DNA of 50,271 nt from Macrostomum lignano (taxonomy: Eukaryota). Each line of letters starts with the position of its first letter. Position 1 is the first letter of the stretch. A model generated the notes under the pieces. That model did no database searches and was not told the DNA's origin. It saw only the letters and a program-made list of their open reading frames with translations. The translations under genes and the position numbers were made by a program. The stretch covers positions 1 through 50,271 of the forward strand of contig NIVC01004330.1 in assembly GCA_002269645.1 (NCBI GenBank). Direction: 5' to 3'. Of this stretch, positions 45,501 through 50,271 are shown piece after piece.

Positions 45501-48500
45501 GAGGTGCAGCATGGTTAGTCTGTCTAGCTGTCCGATGGATGCTGGAAGGGCAGTGATGAGGCACCTGTCAAGCGTCAGAGACTCGAGCTTGGTGCTGCAG
45601 GTGTTTGGCAGCTGTGAGACCTTCGCGATGCTGATGGTGAGGCTCTGCAGATTAGGAGCGTTGCAGTCAATTGACAGCAGGTCGGACTGGGTTATCGTGA
45701 GGCTTCGCAGGCGCTGCATCGGCCAGCTTTTGTCCAGACTCTGCATCTTCTCCATCCTGTGCAGATGGAGAGTCTCTAATCCGGTGAGGCCCGTCAGGCA
45801 GGAGGCGCTGCTGATGAGGCGCGAGCTGATGAGGGCCGAGCGGACGCAGCTGCCGAAAGTGGCCAGAGTGGCCGCCACAGCCGCTTCTCCCTCGCCTGCA
45901 GCTGCGGAGCCGACCAGCTCGTCAATGAGGGTCGGGCTGCCGGCAGCCAGCTGGTGAGCCCTGCACACGGGCTGCAGGTCCTGGCCCTGCTGCTGCTGCG
46001 CCTGCAGAACCAGCGGCCCGCCAGGGGGCTGAGTGAACTCCGCAGTCAGGCGCTTCTTGAGGTCTTCGAGTCCATCGGGCTGCTCAGCGGCTGATGCGGC
46101 GAAGAGGCTGCGCCAGTGCGAGAGGGCGGCTCCGAGCAACAGCAGCCGCTTCACGACAGCCTCCGCAACTGAGCGGCAATGGCCGGGGCCGGTGAGCAGC
46201 TCGTGGCATGGCAGCATCAGCTGAGGGTGGGGGTGGGGTGGCAGCATCAGCTGAGGGTGGGGGTGGGGTGGCAGCATCAGCTGAGGGTGGGGGTTGGGTG
46301 GCAGCATCAGCTGAGGGTGGGGGTGGGGTGGCAGCATCAGCTGAGGGTGGGGGTGGGGTGGCAGCATCAGCTGAGGGTGGGGGTGGGGTGGCAGCATCAG
46401 CTGAGGGTGAGTGGGGTGGCGGCATCAGCTGAGGGTGGGTGGGGTGGCGGCATCAGCTGAGGATGGGTGGGGTGGCAGCATCAGCTGAGGGTGAGTGGGG
46501 TGGCGGCATCAGCTGAGGGTGGGTGGGGTGGCAGCATCAGCTGAGGGTGGGTGGGGTGGCGGCATCAGCTGAGGGTGAGTGGGGTGGCAGCATCAGCTGA
46601 GGGTGGGTGGGGTGGCAGCATCAGCTGAGGGTGGGTGGGGTGGCGGCATCAGCTGAGGGTGAGTGGGGTATCAGCTAAGGATAGGGTGGGGTGGCAGCAT
46701 CAGCTGAGGGTGGGTGGGGTGGCAGCATCAGCTGATGGTGGGTGGAGCGGCAGCATCAGCTGGTATTCAGCCCCTTACCCTGTGCTGCATCAAAGCCCTG
46801 ACGGCAGCCTGTGCTGTCAGGTGGCAGTCCAGAGCTGATGGCAGTGGGTGCTTCACTCCTGCAGAGTCCACCAGGTGCACGTCCGTCACGGAACCTGCGT
46901 GTTAGTTAAGCAGGGAGTCAATGATTTAGTGAAAATGGTCCCAGTAAGGAACTCAGACGGAATCCACTGAGCACGGTGTTTACTAACCGCTGTTGCACAG
47001 CAGGTGCGCTTTCAGTTTGCCAGAATCTGCTACATCCAGGATGCTGGGCTGGCACAACAGGCGGCCCTCTTCGCTGGTGAGTTCGGGCAGGAAAACCCAC
47101 AGGAAGCCGTGGCCAACGCCGGCCTTCTTCGCCAGAGACGCCAGCACACTGCGGCCGAAGCCGGCGGGCCCTCGAAGCCGACGCAGCGGCAGGGCTGGCC
47201 GTAGAGGATGGAGTCGTCCGTCAGGTCGCTGGTCTGATTCCAGCGGGGCAGGACGTTCGGGCTGGGGAAATTGGGTATCGGTAGCGCAGGATCGCTGATC
47301 GCTGAGGCTGAAGTGGTGCGCGAGTTAAGCAGGCCGTTAGCGCAGCTGTCCACCTGCAGCGGAGTATTTCTAATGCTATTTCTAATGCTATTTCTAATGC
47401 TATTTCTAATGCTACGCGCTTACAGCTGAAGTTCGCTCTGTCCAGCCGGTCGGGAGCTCTGAAGCTGCCAGCACTGATTTCAACCGTCACTGCAGCCAGT
47501 GCGGCGTCTGCCGGTTGCAGAGTAACCGACTTGGAGTCGGCCTTGACGACCCTGCTGAGTTCGCCGCCGGGTTTTCCGGACTTCCCGGCTTCGAGTCTCA
47601 GCCAGTCGCCAGGGCTGAGCTCTCTCGAGTAGTTCACGGCCTGGAGTTGGAGCGGTCTATGAGTTTCACTGTGCCGTTGGAAACAGAAGAAGATATTCAT
47701 TAAAAACCCACCGGGAAATTCGAAGCGCTGACGCAGACGGCGGCACCCGCCGAAGCGTTGAAAACCCAGCCGTAGTTCCTGCGCGGCACGAGCACCTTTC
47801 GGACGGTAACTCCATTCTCCAGCACCTCCAACAGGTCGCACGAGCCGCCCAGCTTCATTCTGTTCTCCTCCCTGTCCTGAAGAGCCACGAGAGGTGCCGA
47901 GTTGTGCCGCGACATCTCCGGCTGCAGATCGAAGGTCAGCCGCTTCTCCTGGTGCCCCGCCGACTTGTTGTCCAGCGAGATCTCCAGACTGCACTCTTTG
48001 CGCAGGAATTCCGAAAACTCCAGCGACTGAGCGTCGGGACTCGAATCCGGGTCTTTGCTGCTCTCTTTTGGGTACAAAATGAGCACGTTGAGAATCACGA
48101 TTCTCTCCTGATCTTTGGGCGACAATGCGAAGTACGCCGTCCGCTTCTGATCCTGCTCGCCGCCTGACACTGCGGCACCCGGGTCCACCGTGGCAGAGTT
48201 GCAGATCACGTGACGGGATGAAGTCACCTGGAATTCCGTGAGCTCGTACAGATTACTGCGGAAGGTGAACAGTGCCTCAATAATTGTTTTTATAACGGTT
48301 TCTCACCTTCAACTCCGTCTGCCCGGGGGCCAGCAGCTGCAGAGCGACTACAGCTGAGAAGCTGGGCTGCATCTCGGTTTTCTCCTTCAGGCAGAGCAGG
48401 CGGCTGTCTTCGGGAAAATCTTCGCAACAGCGGCTGTGTCGGCAGGGTCATCCGGGAAGTCTTCCGTCACACCGACCGGGAGCTGCTCAGCGTAGGTCGC

Positions 48501-50271
48501 TGGCAGCCAGGGAATTCGGTTGGTCAGCCGCACAGCCTCCCTGGGCGACTGCATAGTAACGCAGGGGAACAGCCCCGTGGGCGGGACGTCCACCGGCTCG
48601 CTGACGTGGCAGTCCTCGAACGAGCCGCTGCCCCGCTGGTCCACCGAGAACAGGACCCGCGCCCGGCTGGGGCCCACGAACCGCAGCTGGCAGCGCACGT
48701 GGCAGCCCGGGGCCGCTTCGGGGCCGGAGAACTTGAACTTCGGGTCCGGCTCTGCCGCTCCGCCAGCTGTGAGCAGTCTGCGGTTTGTGTCAAGATGGCG
48801 TGGATATTTTGCATTTGCAATGCATTGGCTTTGAGTCCGGCTCAGCTTCAACTGAGTTGTCTTAGTCTAGCACCATCAATCAGGAGCTCTATCACCTGCC
48901 GTCCACGCCGCTGTAACCAACAGAGCCAGGCAGCGTGCCGGGCTGGGCCATCACGGGAAAGTCGGCCGGCACGACTCCAATGGAAATATTTCCTTTAACG
49001 CCCTTGTTCTCAATGCCTGCAATGAAGTCACTTACAGTTAAGCGACGTACGCCAGTGGTTCTGGTTTCGATTGAGTTCCGCAGTCCGGCAACTTACAAAT
49101 CTCAAACGAACTGCTGCTCCTGGTCAGGCGTCTCTCCCCGATCAGGGTGGCCACGGGAACGAATATGTTGGAGGCGGCCAGCCCAGCAGATTCCTGCAGC
49201 GTGTTGAACCAGTAGAACGCGACGCCCGTCTCCTGCCACACCGAGCAGAAGGACCTCAGAGCGAAGCTGAACCTGCGGTCCACGCTGAGTGCGCCGTCCA
49301 TTACATCGTCAACGGGCTGGAAGGCCAACCAGTGGGGATCCCAATCACCATTTATCGGCAAGAGCTAAAACAGCAAGCCGCGCTCACATTAACAGCGGAC
49401 AGCCGGAAGGTGACAGTAATCGGCTCCTCCAGCAGCACCTGGCTTGTGGAGAAAACCGCATCTGCGGGCACGGTGCAGCAAACGCATATTCAGGCTTCTA
49501 AATATCATTATAAAAAGTTTTCATTTTCTCACCTGTCTGGCTTTCGGATAGCTTTGGATAAACCTCCAAGTACCTCGGCGTATGCTTTCTAAAATAGCAG
49601 AAGCGAGCAGAGGTCATCGAGTCAAGTTCTGCTTCATCTTCCTAAACCCCAAAAAGTTTTCGTATTCTGATAACTCTCTGATCAGTTTTGATTCATGACT
49701 GATTGTTGCAAGAAGCCAATTCTGAAGCACCAACACTTTGCAAAACTTTTTCAATGAGACTTTTTTTAACTATACAGCCCCAAAAAATTAGTCGTCAACT
49801 CACTCCAAAGCAGGACGCTGAGCTGCTGCTGCTGGGAACCACTGGGGCTGATGCTGAAGCTGACCTCAGGCGCCAGCACCGACTGCAGCGGGGCGCTGGG
49901 CAGAGCCGCACGCACCGGCTGCTGTCCGCAATGTCGCCATCGTCGATGTAGCCCGGCAGGACACGGCTGGGCCGCACATCACTGCCCCGCCCAGAGCCGC
50001 GCGGCGCAGCGGCCGCAGACGCCGCAGGAGTCACAGCTGGCCCGCCGAGGGCGCCGCAGAGGCAGCGGCCGGAGCGCCGGAGTCGATCCGGTTGAAGGCG
50101 CAGTCGGAGCCGCCGACCGAGCAGCTGCCGCACAGCGAGCAGACCGACTGCTGCGGCTCGCCGTCCAGCTGCTGCAGCTCCCAGCAGTGCTCGCTGTGGA
50201 CGGAGCAGTTCTCTGCTCAGGCGGGGAACGGCGGTTGCGCTGGCCAGTTTGTTACCGGGTAGTTCGTGAGG
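39501..50271 (-). CDS. Multi-exon kinase-less ROCO protein: Cys-rich - SPRY - unknown - LRR - Roc GTPase - COR - TIR - TIR - C-terminal domain (5' end beyond window; apparent frameshifts in the 5' part)
   Basis: SPRY: LTRSSSSFEI|CIENKG..GNISIGVV...PG...SVGYSGVDG|RL...GLFPCVTMQS (48.5-49.1 kb). LRRs at 44.8-45.8 kb. P-loop GLG|GVGKTS split by intron 44645-44730, then ITDGIDI, WDFAGQ, YYNTHQFFLT, VGTHAD. COR: FLNDIGSVQYF, INPKWIVDVM, LPAGLFNRAQVRL. TIR-like SAVLVFLTKSF and DVFVSYCW...FVSDEYQRSANCMMEF. C-terminal GKVLWLCPEH. No kinase motifs. Several exon boundaries are approximate. Confidence 0.88.
46207..46762. repeat. G-rich intronic minisatellite, 28-30-bp unit GGCAGCATCAGCTGAGGGTGGGGGTGGGGT
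   Basis: Tandem array inside the ROCO gene. The proximal units are exactly 30 bp. Confidence 0.95.

Noticed and set aside
45960-46400. PPHPHPQLML repeat as a confirmed N-terminal protein region
   Set aside because: The repeat continues upstream with 28-29-bp out-of-frame units and is most likely largely intronic; treated only as a splice hypothesis.

Overview
Eukaryotic (invertebrate-type) genomic DNA with GT-AG introns, GC-rich exons and many minisatellites. It is reminiscent of flatworms such as Macrostomum, but the species cannot be determined from the sequence. Contents in order: a collapsed pseudogene remnant of the ROCO gene found at the far end; an intronless PAN/Apple + C-type-lectin secreted protein; two mosaic ENPP (nucleotide pyrophosphatase/phosphodiesterase) paralogs flanking a 12-exon gene that can encode ~1510 aa with ten non-canonical F-type-lectin domains, each on its own phase 1-1 cassette exon; a decayed Ngaro-like tyrosine-recombinase retrotransposon with an intact recombinase ORF sitting exactly at the junction of a tandem duplication inside that lectin gene; a hAT-type MITE; a MYND zinc-finger gene; a 3.8-kb satellite; an RFESD-like Rieske gene; and a large kinase-less ROCO gene (Cys-rich/SPRY-LRR-Roc-COR-TIR-TIR) running off the right edge. 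The most interesting signal is the lectin cassette array being expanded and shuffled around a recombinase-encoding element. All exon models were read by eye and are unverified by transcripts. Single-base lesions could be assembly errors.
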